Shown here: positions 1 through 9,802 of the stretch, piece by piece
How positions within the stretch are numbered: position 1 is the first letter of the stretch
Layout of the letters: each line of letters starts with the position of its first letter
DNA from: Alphaproteobacteria bacterium
Lineage (GTDB): Bacteria > Pseudomonadota > Alphaproteobacteria > CALKHQ01
Length of the DNA stretch: 64,000 nucleotides
Direction: 5' to 3'
NCBI GenBank assembly: GCA_965227515.1
Contig: CBDDFZ010000002.1
Coordinates: 864,001 to 928,000 of the forward strand
Program-made: the position numbers and the translations under genes
Notes under the pieces: generated by a model
The model's input: only the letters and a program-made list of their open reading frames with translations
Databases searched by the model: none
What the model was told of the DNA's origin: nothing

Positions 1-12
1 AGAATCTGACAG

Positions 13-375
13 ATGGCACGTGTAAAGCGCGGGACCACGTCCAAGGCCCGCCATAAGAAAGTCCTCGACCTCGCCAAGGGGTCGCGGGGTCGTTCCAAGA
101 ACACCATTCGCGTTGCGCGCCAGCGGGTCGAAAAGGACCTGCAATACGCGTATCGCGACCGCCGTGTGCGCAAGCGCCAGTTCCGCGGTCTGTGGATCCA
201 GCGGATCAATGCCGGCGCGCGTGAGCACGGTCTCACCTATTCGCAGTTCATGAACGGGCTGAAAAAGGCAGGCATCGAGGTCGACCGCAAGGTGCTGGCC
301 GATCTGGCTGTGCACGACGCCACCGGCTTCGAGGCGCTGGTCACCCGCGCCCGCTCGTTTATCACCGAAAGCTGA
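13..375 (+). CDS. rplT: 50S ribosomal protein L20
   Basis: MARVKRG...[29 protein letters not shown] signature; lies upstream of pheS. Confidence 0.99.
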   Translation: MARVKRGTTSKARHKKVLDLAKGSRGRSKNTIRVARQRVEKDLQYAYRDRRVRKRQFRGLWIQRINAGAREHGLTYSQFMNGLKKAGIEVDRKVLADLAVHDATGFEALVTRARSFITES

Positions 376-419
376 GGCCCCCGGAGCAGCCAGTACGCAT
401 TGCATCGGGAAGTTGTTGC

Positions 420-448
420 GGGGCCGTTCGACTGAGCGGCCCCTTTTT
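420..448 (+). terminator. Rho-independent terminator after rplT
   Basis: GGGGCCG...CGGCCCC stem followed by TTTTT. Confidence 0.75.
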
Positions 449-480
449 GTTGCTGGATGAACGTTGGATACGGTTCGAAG

Positions 481-1557
481 ATGAACGAGACGGACATACA
501 GGCGCTGAAGCAGGAGGCGCTGGCGGCCGCAGGGGCGGCGGCGGACCTGGACGCGCTGGAGGCGCTGCGCATCGCCGAGCTTGGCCGCAAGGGGCGGCTG
601 ACCGAGCAGATGAAGACGCTGGGCAAGCTGGCGCCGGACGAGCGCCGCCAGGCCGGCCAGGCGCTGAACGAGGCCAAAAACGAGATCGCGGCGGCGATCG
701 AGGCACGCCGGGCCGTGCTGGCGGACGCCGAGCTTGAAGCGCGTCTGGTCGAGGAGCGGCTGGACCTGACCCTGCCGGTGCGCGCCGAGCACGCGGGCGC
801 GATCCACCCGATCAGCCAGACCGTCGACGAGGTGATCGAGATTTTCGGCCAGATGGGTTTCCAGCTCGCCGAAGGGCCGGACATCGAGGACGATTTCCAC
901 AACTTCACCGCGCTGAACATCCCGCCGGAGCATCCGGCCCGCCAGATGCACGACACTTTCTATGTCGAAGCGGAAGGCGATGAGACGCCGATGGTGCTGC
1001 GCACCCACACCTCGCCGGTGCAGATCCGCACCATGCGCGCCGGCGAGCCGCCGTTCCGCATCATCGCGCCCGGCCGCACCTATCGCTGCGACAGCGACAT
1101 GACCCACACCCCGATGTTCCATCAGGTCGAGGGGCTGGTGGTCGACGAGACCACCCACATGGGCCACCTGAAGGGCTGCCTGACCGATTTCGTGCAGGCC
1201 TATTTCGGCATATCCGACCTGAAGGTGCGGTTCCGCCCGTCCTACTTCCCGTTCACGGAGCCGTCGGCGGAGATGGACATCGGCTGCGACCGCTCCGGCG
1301 GCAAGCTCGTCATCGGCGAGGGCGACGACTGGCTGGAGATCCTGGGCTGCGGCATGGTCCACCCTCGGGTGCTGGAATATTGCGACATCGACCCGGCGCG
1401 CTACCAGGGCTTCGCCTTCGGCATGGGTATCGAGCGGATCGCGATGCTGAAGTACGGCATTCCGGACCTGCGCACCTTCTTCGACGGCGACCTGCGCTGG
1501 CTGCGCCACTATGGCTTCCAGTCGTTGGGCATCCCCAGCCTTGTCCGCGGGCAGTAG
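481..1557 (+). CDS. pheS: Phenylalanine--tRNA ligase alpha subunit
   Basis: [28 protein letters not shown] and [14 protein letters not shown] motifs; ATG at 481 chosen as start. Confidence 0.98.
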   Translation: MNETDIQALKQEALAAAGAAADLDALEALRIAELGRKGRLTEQMKTLGKLAPDERRQAGQALNEAKNEIAAAIEARRAVLADAELEARLVEERLDLTLPVRAEHAGAIHPISQTVDEVIEIFGQMGFQLAEGPDIEDDFHNFTALNIPPEHPARQMHDTFYVEAEGDETPMVLRTHTSPVQIRTMRAGEPPFRIIAPGRTYRCDSDMTHTPMFHQVEGLVVDETTHMGHLKGCLTDFVQAYFGISDLKVRFRPSYFPFTEPSAEMDIGCDRSGGKLVIGEGDDWLEILGCGMVHPRVLEYCDIDPARYQGFAFGMGIERIAMLKYGIPDLRTFFDGDLRWLRHYGFQSLGIPSLVRGQ

Positions 1558-1581
1558 GCGCGATGGTTGGGACACACTCCA

Positions 1582-1708
1582 TTGTCATCCTTGGCCGATG
1601 CCCACGCGGCTTGCCGGAAGGCAAGCAGAGGGCTGAGCGCCGAGGATCCATGGCTGGGTTCGCGCGATATCGGAAATGGACCCTCGGCCTGACGGCCAAG
1701 GGTGACAA
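1582..1708. repeat. REP-like palindromic doublet (GTCAT...ATCCA / TGGA...GTGAC family) between pheS and pheT
   Basis: TTGTCATCCTTGGCCG (1582-1597) is an inverted repeat of CGGCCAAGGGTGACAA (1693-1708); inner CCGAGGATCCA/TGGACCCTCGG pair. Confidence 0.8.
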
Positions 1709-1780
1709 CACGTTTTTGTGGGCGGCGCCGTGCGCTCGTGAAGCGGCTGCCGTCACCCGCCACACCGGGAATTCTGAGAT

Positions 1781-4198
1781 ATGAAATTCACCCTGTCCTG
1801 GCTGAAGGAACACCTCGACACCGAGGCCGACCTCGCCACCATCGCCGAGCGGCTGACCGCGCTGGGCCTGGAAGTCGACGGCATCGACAACCCGGCCGAG
1901 GCGCTGTCCGCGTTCCGCGTCGGCTACGTAAAATCGGCCGAGCAGCACCCGAATGCCGACCGGCTGCGTGTCTGCGTGGTCGATACCGGCCATGGCGACG
2001 TGCAGGTGGTGTGCGGCGCGCCGAACGCGCGGGCTGGCATGAAGGGCGTGTTCGCGCCGGCCGGCACCCACATCCCCGGCACCGGGCTCGATCTGAAGAA
2101 GGGGGTGATCCGCGGCGAAGAGTCGAATGGCATGCTGTGCTCGGAACGCGAGATGGGCGTCAGCGACGACCACGAGGGCATCATCGAGCTCGACCCGGAT
2201 GCGCCCGTGGGCGCGGCCTATGCCGAGGTGATGGGGCTGGACGACCCGGTGATCGACGTCGCGCTGACGCCGGATCGCGGCGACTGCGCCGGTGTGCGCG
2301 GCATCGCCCGCGACCTGGCGGCAGCAGGAGTCGGCGCGCTCAGGCCCGACCCGCGTCAGGAGAAGGTCGCCGGCACGTTCGACAGCCCGGTCAAGTGGCA
2401 CCGCGACCTGGAGGCCCACCCCGAGGCGTGCCCCCTGGTGATCGGCCGCTATTTCCGCAATGTGAAGAACGGCCCCAGCCCGCAATGGGTGCAGGAGCGG
2501 CTGCGCGCCATCGGCCTGCGCCCGATCTCCGCGCTGGTCGACATTGCCAACCTGGTGACCATGGACCTGGGCCGGCCGCTGCACGTGTTCGATGCCGACA
2601 AGCTGGCCGGCGACCTGACCATGCGGTTCGCCCGCAATGGCGAGCGCATCCTGGCCCTCAACGACAAGGAATACGAACTTGACGGCGAGATGACCGTCAT
2701 CGCCGACGACAATGGCGTGCACGGCATCGGCGGCATCATGGGCGGCGAGGTGACCGGCTGCACCGAGGAGACCACCAACGTGTTCCTGGAGGTGGCGCTG
2801 TTCGACCCGGTGCGTACCGCGGCCACCGGCCGCCGGCTCGCCATCGACTCCGATGCCCGCTACCGCTTCGAGCGCGGGCTCGATCCGAACTCGGCCTATT
2901 GGGGCGCGGAGGTGGCGGCCCATCTGGTGCAGGAGCTCTGCGGTGGCGAGGCGAGCCACATCGTGGAGGCGGGCGAACTGCCGCCGGTGCGTACCGCGAT
3001 CACCCTGCGGCCGGAACGGGTGGCGGCCCTGGGCGGCATTGAGGTGGCGAAGGACGAGAGCCAGGCGATCCTCGACCGGCTGGGCTTCGAGACCCGTGCC
3101 GCCAATGGCCACATCGTCGCGACCCCGCCGCCGTGGCGGCCCGACGTCGAGGGCGAGGCCGACCTGGTGGAGGAGGTGGTGCGCGTTGTCGGTTACGACG
3201 CGGTCGCGGCGGTATCGATGCCGCCGGTGGCCGCCCTGCCGCCGGCCGTGCTGACCGACGCCCAGCGCGCCGTCTCCACCATCAAGCGCACGCTGGCCGC
3301 GCGCGGGCTGGACGAGGCGGTGTGCTTTTCGTTCACCTCGCGCGCACTGGCCGAGCCGTTCGCACCGGAAACGGGTGTCGTGCCGCTGGCCAACCCGATC
3401 AGCGCCGACCTGGACGTGATGCGCCCCTCGGTGCTGCCATCGCTGCTGGCTGCCGCCAAGCGCAACATCGACCGTGGGTTCGCCGATTTCGGCCTGTTCG
3501 AGCTTGGCCCCTGTTATGTCGACCGCACGCCCAAGGGCCAGCATCTGGTCGCTGCCGGCCTGCGTGTCGGCCGCACCGGTCCGCGCCATTGGGCGGAGGC
3601 GGCGGCCAACCGCACTGCGCGCGCCGCCGACCCCTATGACGTCAAGGCCGACTGTCTGGCCGCGTTGGCGGCGGTGGGCGCGCCGGCCGGCAATCTGCAG
3701 GTCACCGCCGACCCGCCGGCCTGGTATCACCCGGGGCGCGCCGGTACGCTGCGCCTGGGCAAGAACGAGGTCGCCTGGTTCGGCGAGATCCACCCGCGGG
3801 TGGCGCGCCTGTTCGACCTGGAGGGCGAGACGGTTGTCGCGTTCGAGATCTTCGTCGAGCGTGCGCCGTTGCCGAAGCGCAAGTCGGCGCAAATCCCGCT
3901 GTTGCAGGCCTCCGACCTGCAGCCGGTGGAGCGCGACTTCGCCTTCATCGTCGATGCGGCAACCCCGTCCGACAGCTTGGTCCGCGCGGCCAAGAGTGCG
4001 GAGAAGAAGCTGATCGCGGCGGTCGACGTGTTCGACGTCTACGAGGGCGAGCATATGGAAGCCGGCAAGAAGTCGGTCGCCATCGCCGTCACCTTGCAGC
4101 CCGTCGACAAGACGTTCTCCGACGCCGAGATCGACCAGATCGCGGCCAAGGTGGTGGCCGCCGTGGGCAAGCAGACCGGCGGCACGCTGCGCGGTTAA
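1781..4198 (+). CDS. pheT: Phenylalanine--tRNA ligase beta subunit
   Basis: MKFTLSWL, HPNADRL, VVCGAPN, RFERG motifs and C-terminal anticodon-binding domain ending GTLRG. Confidence 0.99.
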   Translation: MKFTLSWLKEHLDTEADLATIAERLTALGLEVDGIDNPAEALSAFRVGYVKSAEQHPNADRLRVCVVDTGHGDVQVVCGAPNARAGMKGVFAPAGTHIPGTGLDLKKGVIRGEESNGMLCSEREMGVSDDHEGIIELDPDAPVGAAYAEVMGLDDPVIDVALTPDRGDCAGVRGIARDLAAAGVGALRPDPRQEKVAGTFDSPVKWHRDLEAHPEACPLVIGRYFRNVKNGPSPQWVQERLRAIGLRPISALVDIANLVTMDLGRPLHVFDADKLAGDLTMRFARNGERILALNDKEYELDGEMTVIADDNGVHGIGGIMGGEVTGCTEETTNVFLEVALFDPVRTAATGRRLAIDSDARYRFERGLDPNSAYWGAEVAAHLVQELCGGEASHIVEAGELPPVRTAITLRPERVAALGGIEVAKDESQAILDRLGFETRAANGHIVATPPPWRPDVEGEADLVEEVVRVVGYDAVAAVSMPPVAALPPAVLTDAQRAVSTIKRTLAARGLDEAVCFSFTSRALAEPFAPETGVVPLANPISADLDVMRPSVLPSLLAAAKRNIDRGFADFGLFELGPCYVDRTPKGQHLVAAGLRVGRTGPRHWAEAAANRTARAADPYDVKADCLAALAAVGAPAGNLQVTADPPAWYHPGRAGTLRLGKNEVAWFGEIHPRVARLFDLEGETVVAFEIFVERAPLPKRKSAQIPLLQASDLQPVERDFAFIVDAATPSDSLVRAAKSAEKKLIAAVDVFDVYEGEHMEAGKKSVAIAVTLQPVDKTFSDAEIDQIAAKVVAAVGKQTGGTLRG

Positions 4199-4214
4199 CG
4201 CGGACGAACCTTAG

Positions 4215-4479
4215 CCACCCTCTCCCCGCGGTACGCGCGGGAGAGGGTGGGACCCGGCGCCTGCCTTTGGTTCGGCCGAAGGGCGGACCGAGGGCGTAAG
4301 GCGTCGGGAGGGTGAGGGCAATGGCGCGGGCGGTCGCGTCGGCACGGCTCTGCAGGCAAGAACGTCACCCTCTCGCCGGACAATTAGGCGGTCGCAATCG
4401 ATCGTGCCGCGCCCCTCACCTTCCCAGCCTTCGGCTGGGCCCCTTCCTCTCCCGCACCGCTTCGCGGCGGGGCGAGGAG
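4215..4479. repeat. Composite palindromic element (CCCTCTCCC..GGGAGAGGG / CCCTCACC family)
   Basis: Left arm CCCTCTCCC..GGGAGAGGG..GGGAGGGTGAGGG is inverted relative to right arm CCCTCACCTTCCC..CCTCTCCCGC..GCGGGGCGAGG. Confidence 0.75.
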
Positions 4480-4525
4480 ATTGCGTCGCACGTTGCCGAG
4501 ATGTGTGGCATGTCAATGGTGTGAG

Positions 4526-5542
4526 GTGCGATTGTCCCAGGTATCCGACTGGCTGAAGGTCACGCCGCGCGGGCTCTATTGCGTGCCGGGCGACTTCTAT
4601 GTCGACCCGATGGGCGCGGTCGACTGCGCGGTCGTCACCCATGGCCATGCCGACCATGCCCGCGCCGGCCATGCCCATGTGCTGGCAACCGCGCCGACGG
4701 CGGCGATCATGCGTGCCCGCTTCGGCGAGGAGAGCGCCGGCACCTATCAGCATGTGGCCTACGGCGAAACCGTCAGCCACAACGGGGTCGCCGTGCGGCT
4801 GGTGCCGGCGGGCCATGTGCTGGGCAGCGCGCAAGTGGTGCTGGAGCATGCGGGCAAGCGCGCCGTCGTCTCAGGCGACTATAAGCGGCGGCCCGACCCC
4901 ACTTGCGCGCGGTTCCAGGTCGTGACCTGCGACGTCTACATTTCGGAGGCGACGTTCGGCCTGCCGGTGTTCCGCCACCCGCCGGACAGTGCCGAGATCG
5001 GCAAGGTTATATCGGCGCTCGCCCTGTTCCCGGAGCGCACAATCGTCGTCGGCGCGTACGCGCTCGGCAAGGCACAGCGGGTGATCGCACTGCTGCGCCA
5101 GGCCGGGCACAACGCACCGATCTACATCCACGGCGCGCTGCAGAAGCTCTGCGATCTCTACCGCGATTTCGGTGTCGACCTGGGCGAGCTGAGGCCGGCC
5201 ACGGTGGCGGCGAAGGCGGAGCTGGCCGGGCAGATCGTGATCGCGCCGCCGTCGGCCACCCAGGACCGCTGGGCGCGCCGGCTGACCGATCCGCTGGTCG
5301 CGATGGCGAGTGGCTGGATGCGGGTGCGCGCCCGCGCCCGCCAGCGCGGGGTCGAGCTGCCGCTGATCGTCTCCGACCACGCCGATTGGGACGAGCTGAC
5401 CCAGACCTTCCACGACGTCGCGGCGCAAGAGATCTGGATCACCCACGGCAGCGAGGAGGCCCTGGTCCATTACGCCGAGACCCAGGGCATGAACGCCCGC
5501 GCACTCTCCCTTGTCGGCCGCGACGAGGGGGACGATGGGTAG
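4526..5542 (+). CDS. Ligase-associated DNA damage response exonuclease (MBL/beta-CASP fold)
   Basis: GLYC.PGDFYVDP, THGHADH, AGHVLGSAQ, SEATFGLP and SDHADW motifs; GTG start at 4526 is inferred. Confidence 0.9.
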   Translation: MRLSQVSDWLKVTPRGLYCVPGDFYVDPMGAVDCAVVTHGHADHARAGHAHVLATAPTAAIMRARFGEESAGTYQHVAYGETVSHNGVAVRLVPAGHVLGSAQVVLEHAGKRAVVSGDYKRRPDPTCARFQVVTCDVYISEATFGLPVFRHPPDSAEIGKVISALALFPERTIVVGAYALGKAQRVIALLRQAGHNAPIYIHGALQKLCDLYRDFGVDLGELRPATVAAKAELAGQIVIAPPSATQDRWARRLTDPLVAMASGWMRVRARARQRGVELPLIVSDHADWDELTQTFHDVAAQEIWITHGSEEALVHYAETQGMNARALSLVGRDEGDDG

Positions 5543-5543
5543 A

Positions 5544-6044
5544 TCAAACCGGGTGCCGGTAGACCAAGGTTTCAGGGTTTAAGCGCGCGGCATCGGGATC
5601 CAGGGTCGCGCCCATGCGTTCAGCCAAGCGGCGTGAGCGCGTATTTGGCGGATCGATATTGCTGACCAGGCTTGCCAGCTTGCCGGTACCCAGCCCCCAG
5701 TCGCGCATCGCAACCGCCGCTTCGAAGGCGTAACCCTGCCCCTCGCCCCCTTCGTACAGCATCCAGCCCAATTCCGGCTCCGGGTCGCGCGGGCCGACAT
5801 TGATCGCCACGCTGCCGAGACATCGGCCATTATCTTGGCGGTCGATCATCAGGCCGCCAAACCCGACCAGCGGCCATTTGCCGATTTCCTGGCAGAAACA
5901 GGCCCAGGCCCCAGCGTCATCGTATGGCCCATCCATGTACTGCGCGCGCTGGGACGTCATGAGGCGTTGATACTCGGGCCAATCGTCGATATGCGGCGTG
6001 CGCAGTACCAGGCGTTCGGTCTCCAATCTTGGAATTTCGCTCAT
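5544..6044 (-). CDS. GNAT (RimJ/RimL-like) N-acetyltransferase
   Basis: LETERLVLR, ELGW, GQGYAFEAA, IDPPNTRS..LAERMG. Confidence 0.9.
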   Translation of the reverse strand: MSEIPRLETERLVLRTPHIDDWPEYQRLMTSQRAQYMDGPYDDAGAWACFCQEIGKWPLVGFGGLMIDRQDNGRCLGSVAINVGPRDPEPELGWMLYEGGEGQGYAFEAAVAMRDWGLGTGKLASLVSNIDPPNTRSRRLAERMGATLDPDAARLNPETLVYRHPV

Positions 6045-6358
6045 ATCAGGCTCTCAAGAGTCGTTTGCGCGCGAATTCTGCAGCAATATGCGAGTTGCAA
6101 CGCGGCATTGCTCGGACAATTCCGTATCAGACGGCTCATTGTTGCAAGCCGTGGCCTGGAATGGCTTGGAGTCTAGCGCGTTTGCCGGATTTCGGTTGAT
6201 CTGGACGGCCAAGAACCCCACATCACGTCGTGTCCCACCGCGCGCCGGCAGGGACGGCGGCGCATGCGGACAAAGGCCTTGCTGCAGTGCAGCATTAGGA
6301 TTATGTTAAGGATTACATCAGGACATTAACCGTGTTCTGAATTCCCGAGGAGGTTTCG

Positions 6359-6598
6359 ATGAGCAGTGAGATGGCCGCCGGCCAGTGTTTGCGCGATTTG
6401 CGCGAGGCGGCCCAGATAACGCAGGCCGAGTTGGCCGAGATGTTGATGATTGGCGCACACACGATCGCCGAAATCGAGAAGGGCGCGAAGGCGGTGCCGT
6501 CTTTCGCCATGGCGCACTTGGCGCGCGTGTTCGACATGCCGGCGCACAAGCTGGCCAGCCGCTTCGAGAACGACGAGCCGGCCCGCGCGGCGGCCTGA
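6359..6598 (+). CDS. Small XRE-family helix-turn-helix protein
   Basis: LRDLREAAQITQAELAEML...IAEIEKG; GAGGAGG Shine-Dalgarno upstream. Confidence 0.8.
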   Translation: MSSEMAAGQCLRDLREAAQITQAELAEMLMIGAHTIAEIEKGAKAVPSFAMAHLARVFDMPAHKLASRFENDEPARAAA

Positions 6599-6676
6599 CC
6601 GTCTGCCGAACTCTGTTGCCCGCGTCGGCCCTTCCGAGACCGGAGGGGCCTGTAGGTGGGTCTACAACACAGCCGA

Positions 6677-8860
6677 CTACATGAAGTTGTAGGGGTCGAC
6701 GTCCACCCCGATCCGCACGCGTGAGGAAACCTTCACGCGGCCGATCCAGGTGCGCACGATGTCCTGCACCTTGACGCTGCGCGCCGCATGCAACAGCAGC
6801 CGGCGCCGGTGCCGTCCGCGCAGCAGCGCCAGCGGCGCCTGCGCCGGGCCGAGCACGTGGATGAAGCCGTCCGGCCCCTTCACGTGCGGCGCGGTGCGGC
6901 CCAGGTCGGCGGCGGCCAGGTTGACCTCCGCCTCGTCCCGGCCCGACACCACGACGGCGACCAGCCGGCCGAACGGCGGCATGTTGTGGCGCCGCCGGCC
7001 CTCTTCCTCCACTGCCATGAAGCGCTCGCGGTCATAGGCGACCAGTGCCTGCATTACGTCGTGGTCGGGCATATACGTCTGTACCATCGCGCGCCCGGCC
7101 GCCGCGGCGCGGCCGGCCCGGCCCGACACCTGAGTCAGGAGCTGGAACGTGCGCTCGCCGCCGCGCAGATCGCCGCCCTGCAAGCCGAGATCGGCGTCGA
7201 TCACGCCGACCAGCGTCAGTTCCGGAAAGTGGTGGCCCTTGGCCAGCACCTGGGTGCCGACCAGCACGTCGATCTCGCCCGCCAGCATCGCCTGGCGCAG
7301 CGCCTCGCCGGCGCTCGGGCCATGCAGATTGTCGCTGGAGGCGACCACGACCCGCGCCTCCGGGAGCAGCGCCTGCACCTCTTCCGCCGCGCGTTCCACC
7401 CCCGGCCCGCAGGCGGCGAGCTGGTCCTCGGCATCGCAGGACGGGCACGTGCGCGGCATCGGTCCGCCATAGCCGCAATGGTGGCACATCAGGCGGCCGA
7501 TGCGCCGGTGCTCGACAAGCCATGTGGTGCAGTGCGGACACTCGAAGCGGTGGCCGCAGGCGCGGCAGATGGTCAGCGGGGCGTAGCCGCGCCGGTTCAG
7601 GAACAACAGCGCCTGCTGCTTGGCCGCCAGCGTTGCCTGCAACGCCTCGGCCAGCGGCGGCGACAGCCATTTGCCGGCGGGCGGTGCGTGCTGGCGCATG
7701 TCGATCAGCGCGATCTCGGGGCGCTCCGCCCCGCCGAAACGCTCCGGCAGCGGGATCGAGCGGTAGCGCCCGCGCGCCACATTTACCGCCGTTTCCATCG
7801 ACGGCGTGGCGGATGCCAGCACCAGCGGGATGTCGCCGAGCTGGGCACGCACCACCGCCATGTCGCGCGCCTGGTAGCAGACGCCGTCGTCCTGCTTGTA
7901 GGCGGCGTCGTGCTCCTCGTCGACCACCAGCAGGCCGAGGTCGGGATAGGGCAGGAACAGCGCCGAGCGCGCGCCGACGACCACCCGCGCGCCGCCGGTC
8001 GCCACCGCCCGCCAGGTGCGCTGGCGGACCTTCGCGCTCAGGTCGGAGTGCCACTGCGCCGGCGCCACCCCGAACCGCGCCTTGAAGCGGGCGAGCCAGT
8101 CCGGCGACAGCGCGATTTCCGGCAGCAGCACCAGGCACTGCCTGCCCTTCGCCAGGGCCGCGGCGATGGCCTCGAAATAGACCTCGGTCTTGCCGCTGCC
8201 GGTGACCCCGTCGAGCAGGGTGACACTGAACCCACCGTCCTGGACGGAGCTGCGCAGCTCCGCGGCGGCTGCTTCCTGCGCCTCGGTCAGCCTCGGCCCC
8301 TTGCCGGCCACATCGGGCACCTCGAACGCCACCTTTGGCCGTACCGCCTGCAGACCCAGGATACCGGCCTTGATCAGGCCCTGGACCACGCTGGTGCCGA
8401 CGCCGGCCACGGTCGCCAGCTCGCGCACGCTCAGCGCCGGTGCCTCGGTCACGGTGTCGATCACCCGCTCGCGCGCCGCGGTGCGCCGCACATCGGGCGC
8501 CTCGAATAACGGGCGCACGAGGTGGACGAGGTGGATCGGCGCCGGCGGCGACAGTGCGGCGGTCACGCTCATTGTCATCCGCATCACCGCCCCCGGCGCG
8601 GCGCAATAATAGTCGGCGACCCAATCGACGAACCGCCGCGAGACCTCGGGCAGGGGCGGGGCGTCCAGCCGGCCCGCCAGAGGTTTCAGCTTGTCGGGCG
8701 CCACGTCGCCCAGCGCCGGACCCCAGACGACGCCGATCACCTCGCGCCCGCCCAGCGGGGCGACGACGAAGTCGCCCTGGGCGACCTCCATGTCCTCCGG
8801 CACCGCATAGTCGAAGGCCCCGCCCAGCGGCAGGGGCAGCAGCACCGCAACCGTTTTCAT
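6677..8860 (-). CDS. priA: Primosomal protein N' (replication restart helicase)
   Basis: GVTGSGKTEVY, DEEHD, LASATPS, LNRRGYAP, two CxxC zinc clusters, RIGVDVDP. Confidence 0.97.
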   Translation of the reverse strand: MKTVAVLLPLPLGGAFDYAVPEDMEVAQGDFVVAPLGGREVIGVVWGPALGDVAPDKLKPLAGRLDAPPLPEVSRRFVDWVADYYCAAPGAVMRMTMSVTAALSPPAPIHLVHLVRPLFEAPDVRRTAARERVIDTVTEAPALSVRELATVAGVGTSVVQGLIKAGILGLQAVRPKVAFEVPDVAGKGPRLTEAQEAAAAELRSSVQDGGFSVTLLDGVTGSGKTEVYFEAIAAALAKGRQCLVLLPEIALSPDWLARFKARFGVAPAQWHSDLSAKVRQRTWRAVATGGARVVVGARSALFLPYPDLGLLVVDEEHDAAYKQDDGVCYQARDMAVVRAQLGDIPLVLASATPSMETAVNVARGRYRSIPLPERFGGAERPEIALIDMRQHAPPAGKWLSPPLAEALQATLAAKQQALLFLNRRGYAPLTICRACGHRFECPHCTTWLVEHRRIGRLMCHHCGYGGPMPRTCPSCDAEDQLAACGPGVERAAEEVQALLPEARVVVASSDNLHGPSAGEALRQAMLAGEIDVLVGTQVLAKGHHFPELTLVGVIDADLGLQGGDLRGGERTFQLLTQVSGRAGRAAAAGRAMVQTYMPDHDVMQALVAYDRERFMAVEEEGRRRHNMPPFGRLVAVVVSGRDEAEVNLAAADLGRTAPHVKGPDGFIHVLGPAQAPLALLRGRHRRRLLLHAARSVKVQDIVRTWIGRVKVSSRVRIGVDVDPYNFM

Positions 8861-8875
8861 CGGCGGCCCGCATGG

Positions 8876-8891
8876 TGCTTCACGTGAAACC
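8876..8891. promoter_or_regulatory. parS-like palindrome
   Basis: TGCTTCACGTGAAACC matches 14 of 16 positions of the canonical parS TGTTTCACGTGAAACA; intergenic. Confidence 0.5.
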
Positions 8892-9030
8892 GGGTGCGTG
8901 CGATCCGGGATTGAGCTAGACATTGGGCCAGGAAATCAGGCCGGTACGCGACTGCAGGGCGGCGGAACCGCCGCAGGCGAAGTGCGGAACCGCACCCGGC
9001 CGTTCGTCGCGACACGAAGGAAGCGCCACA

Positions 9031-9714
9031 ATGAAATTCTTCATCGACACCGCCGACGTCGCCCAGATCCGCGATCTCGCCGAGACCGGGCTGGTGGATG
9101 GCGTCACCACCAACCCGTCGCTGATCGCGAAGTCCGGCGGCGACTTCATCGAAACGATCAGGGAAATCTGCGGCATCGTGAGCGGCCCGGTCAGTGCGGA
9201 GGTGACGGCGACCGACCACGAGACCATGCTGGCCGAGGGTCGCCATCTGGCGAAGATCGCCGACAACGTGGCGGTCAAGGTACCCCTGACCGTCGACGGG
9301 TTGAAGACCTGCAAGGCGCTGCGCAGCGACGGCATCATGGTCAACGTCACTCTATGCTTCACGCCGGCGCAGGCGATCCTGGCCGCCAAGGCCGACGCCA
9401 CGTTCATCTCGCCCTTCGTCGGCCGGCTGGACGACACCGGGGTGGAGGGCATGGACCTGATCGGCGACATCGTGTCCATCTATGCCGCCTACGAGGCGTT
9501 CACGACCGAGGTGCTGGTCGCCTCGGTCCGCAACGTGCACCACGTGGCCGAATCCGCGCGCCTGGGCGCTCACGTGATCACCATGCCGCCGGACCTGTTG
9601 CACAAGATGTTCGCCCATCCGCTGACCGACAAGGGCCTGGCCGCTTTCCTGGCCGACTGGGAGAAGACCGGCCAGTCGATCCTGGACCGGCCGATCGGCC
9701 AAGCAGCGGAATAG
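9031..9714 (+). CDS. fsa: Fructose-6-phosphate aldolase / transaldolase (short type)
   Basis: [48 protein letters not shown]. Confidence 0.95.
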   Translation: MKFFIDTADVAQIRDLAETGLVDGVTTNPSLIAKSGGDFIETIREICGIVSGPVSAEVTATDHETMLAEGRHLAKIADNVAVKVPLTVDGLKTCKALRSDGIMVNVTLCFTPAQAILAAKADATFISPFVGRLDDTGVEGMDLIGDIVSIYAAYEAFTTEVLVASVRNVHHVAESARLGAHVITMPPDLLHKMFAHPLTDKGLAAFLADWEKTGQSILDRPIGQAAE

Positions 9715-9802
9715 TCCGGCGATATTGGCCTGCCGGTTGCCAGTTCGCGCGCCGTGCGGCTGGTGTATGTTACCGGCAAGATGATTCGCGAGGGAGTAAG
9801 CG

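Noticed and set aside
1310-4054. 914-aa antisense ORF, and similar long ORFs at 29472-31823, 48744-51581, 52059-53597 and 58270-59640
   Set aside because: Shadow ORFs opposite well-supported genes; high GC3 suppresses stops on the antisense strand, and they carry no motifs.
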